A DNA stretch of 64,000 nucleotides from IMG/VR virus record IMGVR_UViG_3300032323_003835, positions 32,001-96,000 of that record. One strand, written 5' to 3'. The position numbers and the translations under genes are program-made. Source of the DNA: a virus. Below the pieces are notes generated by a model. That model saw only the letters and a program-made list of their open reading frames with translations, was not told the origin of the DNA and made no database searches. Position 1 is the stretch's first letter. Each line of letters begins with the position of its first letter. Of this stretch, positions 9,369 to 18,921 are shown piece by piece.

Positions 9369-9923
9369 TTAGACAAATTTATTTTCCCTAATCCAGATGA
9401 CTGCAATATATTTTATTCCTGATGTAACCGGAAGACCTGCATGTATAGATGTATAATCCAAGGAACCATCAGATTTTATATTGTCCCAAACAACTAATTT
9501 TCCCTTCTGTGGTATCACCTTTATCTCCAATTGTGGGAATTCAGTCTCTCCTCCGGTAAAGTCTTCATTGAGATAAACTAAAGCAGTTTTAGCTCTCTGA
9601 CCACCTCTATTAGTTACTTCTTTTTCATAATAGTTCTCTCCTGGATGGAAAAAGTCATGATGCACTTTATATTCCCCACCTATCTCATATTTAACTATGT
9701 GGGTTCCCTCCATATTTTCCTCAGGAAATAAAGTATATTCGGAAACCATTTTTCTTAGAAGCGAAACAGACTCATCTTGTGAAGAAAGCCAAGCACCCTG
9801 TGCTACTCGATACCCATCGATCTCTTTTCCTAAGGTGGATGTTTTAGTAAGCTGCGGCTGTGATAATTCTATTAGTGAATTGCAATGGTCCGCTGACAGA
9901 AACTCGTTTAACTCTGATACCAT
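9369..9923 (-). CDS. 2OG-Fe(II) oxygenase, prolyl 4-hydroxylase-like
   Basis: HHDFF (HxD), GGQR..TALVYLN..GGETEFP, HAGLPV..G.KYIA..WIR. Confidence 0.9.
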   Translation of the reverse strand: MVSELNEFLSADHCNSLIELSQPQLTKTSTLGKEIDGYRVAQGAWLSSQDESVSLLRKMVSEYTLFPEENMEGTHIVKYEIGGEYKVHHDFFHPGENYYEKEVTNRGGQRAKTALVYLNEDFTGGETEFPQLEIKVIPQKGKLVVWDNIKSDGSLDYTSIHAGLPVTSGIKYIAVIWIRENKFV

Positions 9924-9931
9924 ATAAAGAA

Positions 9932-10189
9932 TTATATTGCGGGATCTAGTTTTACGTCGTCTTGAGTATCTTCGCCCGGATCGTAAGTTATGCTATATTT
10001 TTCTATTGTATACTTTGCAATAACATCACAAAGCTTTTGGTCCTCTACCTGAGTTCCGTCAGGATTTGAAACTGTAACTGTTTTATCATCTGTAGTTAGA
10101 TCCTGATAGAAAGAAACCATGAAATTTCTTCCGTTAACAAGAAAGTCAAAGACTAGTGTGCAATGTAGTGGACTGGATTTAACGCTCAT
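9932..10189 (-). CDS. Hypothetical protein
   Basis: 85-aa ORF. Confidence 0.55.
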   Translation of the reverse strand: MSVKSSPLHCTLVFDFLVNGRNFMVSFYQDLTTDDKTVTVSNPDGTQVEDQKLCDVIAKYTIEKYSITYDPGEDTQDDVKLDPAI

Positions 10190-10255
10190 ACGTTTTTATT
10201 GATTATAGATATGAATCAGGGAATAATTCCGGGTAATAGCGGGTTTTATAGTAAA

Positions 10256-10900
10256 CTATTTCTTTTTAAAATCTACTTTCCAATAAACTCCTCCTCTTAC
10301 ATAAGGAATGAATTTTCCGTCTATACCATTAATTGTTTGATTCCAAACCCCCAATCCAACCTCATAAATTCTATCTCCGGGGGTTCTGTACAATAGAGAA
10401 GTTCCCAGGGAATAAACGTAATTAGGTTTATCTAAACCCCCATTCAGACCCAAATATAGATTACCCCTAGGTTCTTCTTTTATTTTTTGTATACTTTCTT
10501 TTACTGGTAATTTGATTTTTGAAAAATATTTACGAGAAAGTATATTTCCGCCAGACACCGTATCTATAATTGTAACATATCCGTGATCGACCTTAAGAGT
10601 GTCTATATTTACCTTTTTTGTATTATAAGCACTAAGTATTGCGGAGGTATCAACAGGAGAATATACCAAAACATCTCTATAAATAATGGTATCTCTTAAT
10701 ATTGGGAATGGTACTTCTAATTCTAGGTAAAGCGTGTCACGGATAATTATTGTATCCACAGGATTTTCATGGATTGAATCCTTAACAACGACCGGCATTT
10801 TTCTGCCGCTATTATTACAGCTGTAAAAAAATTGAGAAAATATTAAAATTAACACCACTATCGTAGTGCTTAATTTGAAATTGTCGTGTTTTAAATTCAT
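10256..10900 (-). CDS. Membrane-anchored protein with beta-rich C-terminus
   Basis: N-terminal hydrophobic segment, DTI repeats, alternating aromatic/Gly strands ending GGVYWK. Confidence 0.65.
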   Translation of the reverse strand: MNLKHDNFKLSTTIVVLILIFSQFFYSCNNSGRKMPVVVKDSIHENPVDTIIIRDTLYLELEVPFPILRDTIIYRDVLVYSPVDTSAILSAYNTKKVNIDTLKVDHGYVTIIDTVSGGNILSRKYFSKIKLPVKESIQKIKEEPRGNLYLGLNGGLDKPNYVYSLGTSLLYRTPGDRIYEVGLGVWNQTINGIDGKFIPYVRGGVYWKVDFKKK

Positions 10901-10952
10901 TTTATACTTTAGGTCGTGTAACTAAAGTATAGGTTTCAATCTATACTTAAAT

Positions 10953-11681
10953 CTATTCGGTGAATATTCCTTTCTTAATCATCTTATCTAAGATGTTAGC
11001 ACAAGCTATATCCAAAGCTTTCTTTGTCGATGTGCTGATTGTTGATTGATTAAACTTTATTGGATCAAGTGCTGCATCAGAAACCAGTGTTAATTCTCTA
11101 GTTGTTTTGGATTCACCTAAACCAGAAGCTGCTATAATTGCTCCAGTTTCTGCGTTAGTAAATCTAACTTGAAGTCCCAATCTAGTTACCAAATTATCTT
11201 TAATTCCGTCTTTCAAGCTGATCGACTCATCTTCGGATACTGAATAATCATAAACCTCGATTTCAACGAAATAATGGGCTAATTTAATTTTCCCTCTTCC
11301 GTCTATTTTATTTTCTGATATACCAGCCTGAGATGCTTGGAACTGCTTTACCATTCTGTTCTTAATCTCTGTCTTATCTTCAGTAAACTCAAATCTATTT
11401 AGATTGTCTAGGTATTCCAATACTATATTAGCAACACCAAGGCCTACTCTCTTTTCTTTCAATTCTGGATATGCCTCATAGGTCTCATCATTAATACCGC
11501 ACTTTAAAATTTGGATATTTTTCTTTGGACCATCGTAATCAAGATAGGCTGAAATATCTTTCTTCTTTTCAAAATCCGCTTTAAAATCCTCGGTTTTTGT
11601 TTTACCTATCGTTTGTGCATCTACGGATGTTGCCAATCCGATAGATAAAAACGTTACTGCAATAAGTTTAAGTAGATTCAT
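10953..11681 (-). CDS. CsgG/HfaB-like exported protein
   Basis: Signal peptide; GLGVANIVLEYL...RFEFTE, AHYFVEIEVYDY, LQVRFTNAETGAII resemble the CsgG core. Confidence 0.7.
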   Translation of the reverse strand: MNLLKLIAVTFLSIGLATSVDAQTIGKTKTEDFKADFEKKKDISAYLDYDGPKKNIQILKCGINDETYEAYPELKEKRVGLGVANIVLEYLDNLNRFEFTEDKTEIKNRMVKQFQASQAGISENKIDGRGKIKLAHYFVEIEVYDYSVSEDESISLKDGIKDNLVTRLGLQVRFTNAETGAIIAASGLGESKTTRELTLVSDAALDPIKFNQSTISTSTKKALDIACANILDKMIKKGIFTE

Positions 11682-11691
11682 CTTCTTTTAA

Positions 11692-11925
11692 TTATTTTTT
11701 AATCTCTGTTGGTTCGTACCAGATATTTTCGGGATTGTCTTTCCAGTTTCCGTCTATTTTTCTAGTAACTCTACTCGTGATATCTCTTGTTCTTTCTTCA
11801 TCTCCAGAAAACTGAAGATAAACAAAAAACAATTGCAATGATAATGCGGTGCATATCCAAAATCCTACAAGGACGAAATATACTCCTAATGCTTTTTCTG
11901 CTGCTTTTTCTAAAAACTTTTTCAT
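11692..11925 (-). CDS. Small single-pass membrane protein
   Basis: One long hydrophobic segment. Confidence 0.6.
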   Translation of the reverse strand: MKKFLEKAAEKALGVYFVLVGFWICTALSLQLFFVYLQFSGDEERTRDITSRVTRKIDGNWKDNPENIWYEPTEIKK

Positions 11926-11949
11926 GGGGGTTGTCGTGTTTTATATTTA

Positions 11950-11976
11950 AAAGAGCGGGATGCCCCGCTCTTTTTT
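11950..11976. terminator. Intrinsic terminator-like hairpin
   Basis: aaagagcggg-atgc-cccgctctttt with A/T flanks. Confidence 0.55.
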
Positions 11977-11981
11977 GTGAT

Positions 11982-12233
11982 TTATTCGGTTTCTTCTTCG
12001 GATTTTGTTTTTCCCTTTCCGAAGATTTTACCAGCTTCTGCGATACCAAATGATCCTAAAGTAATTATTACGAACGAATTAAAGATGGTATCACTAATCT
12101 CTAATGTTTTTCCTAAAATACCTGTTATAATATCAGCTCCTGCGAATACTGCCATAACAGCAAACGATGCGAATCCAACGATTGATTTTTCGTTATAATC
12201 GTTTTTGTCTTTAAAAATGTCTTTGAATGCCAT
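11982..12233 (-). CDS. Small two-TM holin-like membrane protein
   Basis: Two hydrophobic helices, charged C-terminal tail. Confidence 0.6.
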   Translation of the reverse strand: MAFKDIFKDKNDYNEKSIVGFASFAVMAVFAGADIITGILGKTLEISDTIFNSFVIITLGSFGIAEAGKIFGKGKTKSEEETE

Positions 12234-12263
12234 GATAAATTTATTTTATATTGTTGTAGCGGG

Positions 12264-12833
12264 TTATCCCTCTAAGTCATCTTTTAATAATCCACATTTT
12301 TGACACTCAAGTTCCCCGTCATTATCAGAATCGCCCCATACGTGTTCACATTGTCTGTGAGACTCATATTCAAGCTTTTCCATTTCCTGCTCGTGCTCTT
12401 GTGCATCTTTAGCTAGTTCAAATTTTTGCTGATTTTCTATAATCGATAATTCTCTAGCAGCTTGTGCTCCTGCAACGAATGCATCAGGAATAAGAGGAGT
12501 AACTGGCTTGTTAGTTTCTTTCATGTCATTGGTGTGTGATAGAGTAACTCCATCTTCTTCATCCATCTTCTGTACAAGCATTTTATCTTTGTCTGTATCA
12601 GAGAACCAATAATCAATAATTTTACCATAAGAGCCAATAAATGCCCCTAATAATAGAAGAAGTAATTCTTTCCATTCTCCTGCTATTTCGGTTCCAACTC
12701 CTATAGCGGCAAACATACCTGCTATAATTAGCATGAAACCTCCTAATACTAATGCAGTGATGTACCATCTGCGTGTCATCATTGAATTCAGTAGATCTTT
12801 AAATCCACTTGGTTGTTGATTTTTTCCTGTCAT
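12264..12833 (-). CDS. Two-TM membrane protein with C-terminal Cys/His knuckle
   Basis: Two TM helices, IIDYWFS motif, CEHVW...CQKC. Confidence 0.7.
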   Translation of the reverse strand: MTGKNQQPSGFKDLLNSMMTRRWYITALVLGGFMLIIAGMFAAIGVGTEIAGEWKELLLLLLGAFIGSYGKIIDYWFSDTDKDKMLVQKMDEEDGVTLSHTNDMKETNKPVTPLIPDAFVAGAQAARELSIIENQQKFELAKDAQEHEQEMEKLEYESHRQCEHVWGDSDNDGELECQKCGLLKDDLEG

Positions 12834-12864
12834 TTTATTTAATTTTTTTGTTGGTGGATATCCT

Positions 12865-13020
12865 TTATCTTTCCCAATTCCACCCTTTTTTTCTACCTCT
12901 TATTAATAAATAACTGCTACCTCCAATAAACGTTGATAAAAACATTAATGGAGAATTAAATACAAACATAGCTACCATACATAATATGATTACTGCTATA
13001 AAGCTTAATCCTTGTTCCAT
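12865..13020 (-). CDS. Small membrane protein (51 aa, not in ORF track)
   Basis: MEQGLSFIAVIILCMVAMFVFNSPLMFLSTFIGGSSYLLIRGRKKGWNWER; starts 2 nt after upstream stop. Confidence 0.55.
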   Translation of the reverse strand: MEQGLSFIAVIILCMVAMFVFNSPLMFLSTFIGGSSYLLIRGRKKGWNWER

Positions 13021-13022
13021 GA

Positions 13023-13346
13023 TTACCACTTAGGTGCTTCTTCCTTAAACTCGTCACCTTCTTTTTTCTTAACCTTCGGTGCAGGTTCAGCAGGCTTTGA
13101 AGCTGCTGCTCCTCCATTACCTCCGCCTTGTACAATTACAGTTTTACCTGCAGATTGTTGTTGCTGGTTAGAATTTGTGATGTTAATAACGGGTGCTGGT
13201 GCTGCTGCGGGTGCTGCTTCTTGATCTCCGCCGCCCATTAGAGTAGTTAGAAATACTCCTCCTGCTGTTACGACTGTACCTAGTACGCCTACGATTGTCT
13301 TTTTTAAACCTGACCAGGTTCCTTCGTTTTGTGTTTCCTCGCTCAT
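13023..13346 (-). CDS. Single-pass membrane protein with Pro/Ala/Gln-rich tail
   Basis: TM helix then APAAAPAP and QQQQ low-complexity segments. Confidence 0.7.
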   Translation of the reverse strand: MSEETQNEGTWSGLKKTIVGVLGTVVTAGGVFLTTLMGGGDQEAAPAAAPAPVINITNSNQQQQSAGKTVIVQGGGNGGAAASKPAEPAPKVKKKEGDEFKEEAPKW

Positions 13347-13378
13347 TTTGTTTTTTATATTCGTGTTTTAATGGCTTA

Positions 13379-13500
13379 GAAAAAATCCCGGATCAGGTAT
13401 CTACTTTTACTTAACGTTCATAGATGCGATGCATCTAGGAATATACTGAAAAGGTTGTATGAAAGATATTGCTTCTTTCAAACTGAATGAGGATTTTTTC
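13379..13500 (-). ncRNA. Putative structured 5' leader RNA, copy 1
   Basis: Closing stem GAAAAAAUCC/GGAUUUUUUC, internal hairpins, matches 21086-21223; follows GATATATA at 13506-13513. Confidence 0.55.
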
Positions 13501-13517
13501 AAGATTATATATCTTTT

Positions 13518-14972
13518 TTATAACATGATTCTGGATCCAATCATGAAATTATGTAAAATTTTTACCCCTGGCTGGGTCGATCCTGAAAATCTATAATTTA
13601 GATTAAGCCCGAATCTGCCAGTTAATTTATAGTCATACGAAAATCCACTCATAAATCCAAACTGTCTATTAACCAATGTTTGATTTGTGTTTGGATTCCA
13701 TGATATAGGAGAACTTGTTATAAAAATTTGTGGGGATATAGCTACTTTCTTATTTACTTGATAGACCTTTGTCCAGAATCCTATGGAAGATACTGAAGCA
13801 GAATAGCTATATCGATTGCCGTCTTTCAGCAATAAACTAACAAGTCCAACATTGTAACCATATGTTCCTATCTTAGGATCTGGTTTAATGAACGTATAAC
13901 CCTGCATAATCATGATATTTCCCTGCAGGTAAGCAATAGTCGTGGAATATGAATTTATGTTCTTTAACTTACCCTTTTCGAAGTTCATTTTGGTGTATCC
14001 CCCGTTTAATGCAAATTGGTCGAAAGTTGTCCATATCATAGATGTTAATCCCCAGCTTTCTGTTCCGGTCATAGAAGATTTGCTTATCCCAGTTGAGATC
14101 ATAGCAGAATACCTGCCATCATTTCCTTGAGTTACTGCTAAATCCGATGCGACTAGAGTAGGGTTGCTGACCGATTGTTTTTTCTTTTTCTCCTCTTCCT
14201 TCTTTTTCTTCTCTTCTTCTTTTTTCTTCTCTTCTTCTTTTTTATTTTCTTCTTTTTTCTTTTCCTCAGATTTACTCTCTTCTTTCTTTTCTTCTGATTT
14301 AGATTCAGATTTACTCTCTTCTTTCTTCTCTTCTGTCTTGGACTCAGATTTAGATTCCGATTTAGATTCCGATTTGGTTTCTGATTTTTGCTCGCTAGAG
14401 GATCCGCTACTTTTACTTTCCCCGCTAGAAGAAGATGAAGAAGATCCACCGCTAGAAGATGATCCACTAGAACTAGATCCCCCAGAAGAAGCTGAAGATC
14501 CCGCAGATGATCCTGCTGATGTCGAAGCAGAAGAAGATGCGGAAGAACTTGCAGCACTACTTGCTGATGATGATGCAGCAGATGATGCTGAACTACTTGC
14601 AGCAGATGATGCAGCACTACTAGCTGCAGCAGAGGCGGCGGAAGAAGCAGCAGCAGAAGCAGCAGCAGAAGCTGCTTGTGCAACAGTCTGCTGAACCGTC
14701 TGGGTAACGACAGTACTTACAGGACAAGGTCTTGTACCATAGTCTTTATAAACAGCATCCAGCCAAGCCTGAACAGTACCATTATTTACTTCTGCGTTGC
14801 TAAATGTTCTTATTTGATTGTAGAAAGCTATTACTACCATTCCGTTTGGCATGGGGGTAGATACAACAACTTTAAGTTCCCCCGAACATTTATCCACGTA
14901 AGTTTGTGTGAATGTTTGTGCATCCACTTTAAATGCTATAGCCAACAAAAAAAGAATTAGTAATTTCTTCAT
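13518..14972 (-). CDS. Exported protein: Ser/Ala-rich and Glu/Lys-rich linker plus C-terminal beta-barrel-like domain
   Basis: Signal peptide, AASS/SSG and EEKKK repeats, amphipathic beta strands in the last ~220 aa. Confidence 0.75.
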   Translation of the reverse strand: MKKLLILFLLAIAFKVDAQTFTQTYVDKCSGELKVVVSTPMPNGMVVIAFYNQIRTFSNAEVNNGTVQAWLDAVYKDYGTRPCPVSTVVTQTVQQTVAQAASAAASAAASSAASAAASSAASSAASSSASSAASSSASSAASSSASSSASTSAGSSAGSSASSGGSSSSGSSSSGGSSSSSSSGESKSSGSSSEQKSETKSESKSESKSESKTEEKKEESKSESKSEEKKEESKSEEKKKEENKKEEEKKKEEEKKKKEEEKKKKQSVSNPTLVASDLAVTQGNDGRYSAMISTGISKSSMTGTESWGLTSMIWTTFDQFALNGGYTKMNFEKGKLKNINSYSTTIAYLQGNIMIMQGYTFIKPDPKIGTYGYNVGLVSLLLKDGNRYSYSASVSSIGFWTKVYQVNKKVAISPQIFITSSPISWNPNTNQTLVNRQFGFMSGFSYDYKLTGRFGLNLNYRFSGSTQPGVKILHNFMIGSRIML

Positions 14973-15002
14973 CTACAATTTTCTAAAAGGTCTTATTTTT
15001 AA

Positions 15003-15377
15003 TTACAGCTTATTAAAATCTGTAATTCCTAATAGATTATTGTTAGAATCATAAAGTCCAATTCTGTAAGCAGATGATGGAAGTGCTGATGTGTAAACCT
15101 TTAAAAGATTATCACCTGCCTTTACATTAACTTGCTCCTTTGATACTACCTTATTAGAAATGTCCATAATTTTAATGGTTACACTTCCTGCATTTTCTAA
15201 TTTAACATTCATTGCAACCTCATTAGTTACAAATGCGGACTGCAATTTAATTCCAACATTACTTGATATGCTAAGCTCTGGTTTGATCTGCTCATGCACA
15301 CTTGGATAGATGTCATCTTTAGTACATCCTGCTACAAAGAATGCCATTCCGAAAGATACGATTAATACTTTTTTCAT
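15003..15377 (-). CDS. Lipoprotein with T9SS C-terminal-domain-like Ig fold
   Basis: Lipobox VAGC; VTIKIMDISNKVV...GDN...SALPSSAYRI resembles the Por secretion CTD. Confidence 0.6.
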   Translation of the reverse strand: MKKVLIVSFGMAFFVAGCTKDDIYPSVHEQIKPELSISSNVGIKLQSAFVTNEVAMNVKLENAGSVTIKIMDISNKVVSKEQVNVKAGDNLLKVYTSALPSSAYRIGLYDSNNNLLGITDFNKL

Positions 15378-15385
15378 TTTTTTTA

Positions 15386-15730
15386 TTATTTTATTATTAC
15401 GGTCGTTTTTGCTATTTCTTTCTTGAGGGAATCCTCTAATAATAGATATAGGTATTTCGATTGTATTGAGTTTGTGTATATTTTTTTTACAACTTCACCT
15501 GCACTACTTGTGAATCTTTCTCTACTGATTACCTGATTTGTTTCTTTGTCAATTAGTGTAAGTGTATACACACCATCGAAAGGTACATTAAAATAGATAG
15601 ATTGGCCATTAGTTACGGAGCTTTCCTTAACACTGAATATGTCGTCTTTAGCTAATACATCAGGCAGTGGTAGTTCTGGTTTAGTACATCCAGCTAATAA
15701 AATCAACGATATCAAGATTATTTTTTTCAT
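15386..15730 (-). CDS. Lipoprotein, paralog of 15003-15377
   Basis: Lipobox LAGC; YTLTLID...VISRE...KIYT pattern shared with neighbour. Confidence 0.6.
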   Translation of the reverse strand: MKKIILISLILLAGCTKPELPLPDVLAKDDIFSVKESSVTNGQSIYFNVPFDGVYTLTLIDKETNQVISRERFTSSAGEVVKKIYTNSIQSKYLYLLLEDSLKKEIAKTTVIIK

Positions 15731-16623
15731 TAGAATTTAAAATTAGTTCCTATCATAAACATTATTGGGTTACTCTTTTTATATCCAACAGATTCACTTA
15801 GTTTATCCCAGGTTGTGTTATATCTGATATTGGTGTTTAGTATAAACCTTTTAGTTATTTTCCAATCGATAGATGTACCATAGTATAAGTCTAGATTAAA
15901 ATCATCCAGATACCCTAAATCAGATTCGGTTCCATCTTTAAAAACTTTATACACATCACTCATTGCAAATATTTGAGGCGATATGTTTACCCTCTTCGTT
16001 TCGAATGTATATGTGTACATCGCCATACCTCTATATGTCATTTCGCTCGATGGAGGTATTTGTGGATAAATTAAATCCAAAAAATTGCCATCAACATCTA
16101 CTGTATATTTTCCTTCCCATTCACCTGGATAACTTCCCCAGAATGATTTAGATGCAATTAAGCTATAACCGAACGTTCCCCACTTCTTAGTTCGAAATAC
16201 ATCTATGAATGATAGTGTAATATCTTTTTGGAAGTTAAAATCCGTAGAGTAGAATGATTGTAAAGTCGTAGTCCTTTTCTGTGTGTTTTTACTAACACCA
16301 TAACCTACACCGTAATAATTCCATATTGGATTTATTGATGCTGCAAAAGTGTGTCCCCATTTTCCGTTTATAGATGATTTATGGTATCCTAGATTAAGAG
16401 TAGTTGATACTTGTTTTCCTATAATACCTACTGAAAGGTTCGAAGACGAAAGGACATCCTTTGAAAAATTAACATAAGATTGTAATATACCCACATCGTT
16501 CCAATCATCGCTTTCACCAAATAATTCTTTTGGAGACAGCTGTAATGTATCAGGTTTTTGTATTTGTGCATTTGATACAAATACAATTAAAAATAAAAAT
16601 ATGGTTAATACTATTTTTTTCAT
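15730..16623 (-). CDS. Putative outer-membrane beta-barrel protein
   Basis: Signal peptide, aromatic-rich alternating strands, terminal Phe (GTNFKF, BAM-signal-like). Confidence 0.7.
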   Translation of the reverse strand: MKKIVLTIFLFLIVFVSNAQIQKPDTLQLSPKELFGESDDWNDVGILQSYVNFSKDVLSSSNLSVGIIGKQVSTTLNLGYHKSSINGKWGHTFAASINPIWNYYGVGYGVSKNTQKRTTTLQSFYSTDFNFQKDITLSFIDVFRTKKWGTFGYSLIASKSFWGSYPGEWEGKYTVDVDGNFLDLIYPQIPPSSEMTYRGMAMYTYTFETKRVNISPQIFAMSDVYKVFKDGTESDLGYLDDFNLDLYYGTSIDWKITKRFILNTNIRYNTTWDKLSESVGYKKSNPIMFMIGTNFKF

Positions 16624-18920
16624 TAGTTTATTTTTACCTTTAATTGTGTTCCGTTCTTATTAACAGCATCTGTTGTTGATACTGATGTTAAACCTAATAT
16701 GTTATTAATTCCTATTAATGGAACGAATGTTATTTTATATTCGGTTTTGCTGTCTAATGTTGTTGATCCGTCTGTTATTAACGAGCCAAGCGTTACTGAA
16801 GATCCTCTATTAGCACCAAAATTGGTTGGATTACCCTTTGTTGTAAAATCAACTTTTTCAAAACTTAAAGCAGTATTATCATAGTTTAATTGAAATTGTG
16901 TTCCTACAACTTCCTGCTGAAGAGGATCTAAAGATATTGTTATTATAACTTTTCCTCCAACTATTTCCCCCATTAAATAAGCCTTTATCTCATTAGAAGT
17001 TGATGTACTCATAGTTTTTAAACTCATACTTCTAACAGAATTACCGGCAACAGTACTTACACTTTGTTGTGCAGAATGGGATAAATTTACATCACCAACC
17101 CATGTTATGTTTACATTATAAGTATTGTTAAGTGTTCCTGTATTCAAACTGAACGGAAATAGACTTCTGGTTGAATTAAATTGTGTGTTCCAATTAGATT
17201 TCGTTATTGCATCATAATCAGATTTACTATACAATTTCATCAAATAAGTTAATGCTGAAAACTGCGTAAGAGACTGTGCCCCAGTTAAGTGCTGTAATAG
17301 TCTATACGTATCAGCTTCGTTGAATATACCATTTCCGTCTACGTCTGCGTTCATAAACTGAATACCTGACGTAAATTCATTTCCGCTTTCATTACCAAAT
17401 AATCCGCCTAATGATAATTCTTTAAATGCCAAATAAACATCAGATACTGTTACAATACTATTGTATAAAGAGTTTAATTCTGTTTGATTAGAATAAGACA
17501 ATTCAATCCCGTGTTGTTTAAATATTGTATTTGGGGAAAATGAATAATCTGCTTTAAATGCATACCATCCGTCCTGTAATCTTATATTGCTTTGGAACGA
17601 ACTTGCAGCAACTTTACTAGCCAAATTAATATTTCCGGGTACTACCCATTGTTTCCACCATCCATTAAAATCCATTGGTGTAATTGGACCTTCGTAGATA
17701 TCAAATAACTTTACATATTTTACATTGTTTAAGTTAATACCAGTTCCACTAAATACTCTTTCATCAATTTGTAATCTATGCCCGTTTCTTGATTGTTCGT
17801 ACGGATTTATAAGCGACCATTCTACTTGACCCGGAACTATCGTTGCTCTGACTCCGTCGGATATCTTTGCTGTATCTAAATCGTTTGTAATATCAACTTT
17901 ACCCAATCCACTTATTGATCTTGATACATTAGTTGTTGTACCCCATACATTGTTTACATAAGTATTTGCTTTTGCTGAGAATTTAGTTTCATCTACATTA
18001 CTACCAAAATCAAAATTGAATCTTGCGGTAAGGACTTCTCCGTTTGAGTGAGTTACTGAATTGGTATAGAACTCTGTAAATGTTGCATCGTCAGGATTAG
18101 TCCAAGTTCCATATTCGATTACATACGGATTACTAAAGTTATTAGGTAAATCGTTCCATTGAGAACCATTCCATTTTGTTACTGCGTAATCTTCATTACC
18201 AGAATTGTTTGGTTCGCCCGGTGCCCAGTTATTATATTGTCCGGGTATGTTTCCGTTTGTTTGTCCATTATTTATTTTAATTAAAGTTCCTTTTTCAGGA
18301 CCAGCATCAATCACCCATCTGGCTTCACTTGCTTCATCAGTTAGTGCAAACCATATATTTGATTGAGGTACATTATTAAAAATAAAAGCATCTTCATCTG
18401 GTGAAGTGATTGTTACCAAATATCCTTTTTGACCTTTAAATGTTGTTAATTCAGCGGCAGCCCTTGCGTTTGTATAAGTTGCTCCGGTTGATATTGGTCT
18501 ATAAAAGTGTCCGTTTGTTCCATTATAAAAGAAACCCGTTGGATTTACAGTTGCCGCTACTGATAATGCAATATTACCTCTTACCGAACCTGTGTTTACT
18601 TTAAGAGATGTTAATGCCGTATTAATACTTGCCATTGTGCCGGTTACCACTAAACGGGTCTTATTACCTGCTAATGTAAAACCACTTGCTGCGGTTAGAC
18701 CTGTTGTTATGGTTAGGTTAAATGTTGTACCTGTTGGTGGATTAACTAAACTGATTGATGCTAATAGAGTTGATGTAGAAGTAAAACCACTTAATACGAA
18801 TCCACTAGCATCTTGTCCGGCAGTAGATGGTAAAAAAGATTTAGAGTCCGGAGCAGATACACTCTGTCCGAACCCTAAAAATGAAATTAGTAAAAAAAAT
18901 ATTACTAATAATTTCTTCAT
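16623..18920 (-). CDS. Exported C-type lectin / dockerin-like / cohesin-like protein
   Basis: Signal peptide; GHFY..YLVTITS..E, YNNWAPGEPNN, WNDL (CTL); ADVDGNGIFNEAD (dockerin-like); GTQFQLNYDNTAL (cohesin-like). Confidence 0.8.
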   Translation of the reverse strand: MKKLLVIFFLLISFLGFGQSVSAPDSKSFLPSTAGQDASGFVLSGFTSTSTLLASISLVNPPTGTTFNLTITTGLTAASGFTLAGNKTRLVVTGTMASINTALTSLKVNTGSVRGNIALSVAATVNPTGFFYNGTNGHFYRPISTGATYTNARAAAELTTFKGQKGYLVTITSPDEDAFIFNNVPQSNIWFALTDEASEARWVIDAGPEKGTLIKINNGQTNGNIPGQYNNWAPGEPNNSGNEDYAVTKWNGSQWNDLPNNFSNPYVIEYGTWTNPDDATFTEFYTNSVTHSNGEVLTARFNFDFGSNVDETKFSAKANTYVNNVWGTTTNVSRSISGLGKVDITNDLDTAKISDGVRATIVPGQVEWSLINPYEQSRNGHRLQIDERVFSGTGINLNNVKYVKLFDIYEGPITPMDFNGWWKQWVVPGNINLASKVAASSFQSNIRLQDGWYAFKADYSFSPNTIFKQHGIELSYSNQTELNSLYNSIVTVSDVYLAFKELSLGGLFGNESGNEFTSGIQFMNADVDGNGIFNEADTYRLLQHLTGAQSLTQFSALTYLMKLYSKSDYDAITKSNWNTQFNSTRSLFPFSLNTGTLNNTYNVNITWVGDVNLSHSAQQSVSTVAGNSVRSMSLKTMSTSTSNEIKAYLMGEIVGGKVIITISLDPLQQEVVGTQFQLNYDNTALSFEKVDFTTKGNPTNFGANRGSSVTLGSLITDGSTTLDSKTEYKITFVPLIGINNILGLTSVSTTDAVNKNGTQLKVKIN

Positions 18921-18921
18921 A

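Noticed and set aside
14153-14694. Alternative-frame ORFs 14153-14683 (-) and 14164-14694 (+)
   Set aside because: Shadows of the low-complexity linker of 13518-14972
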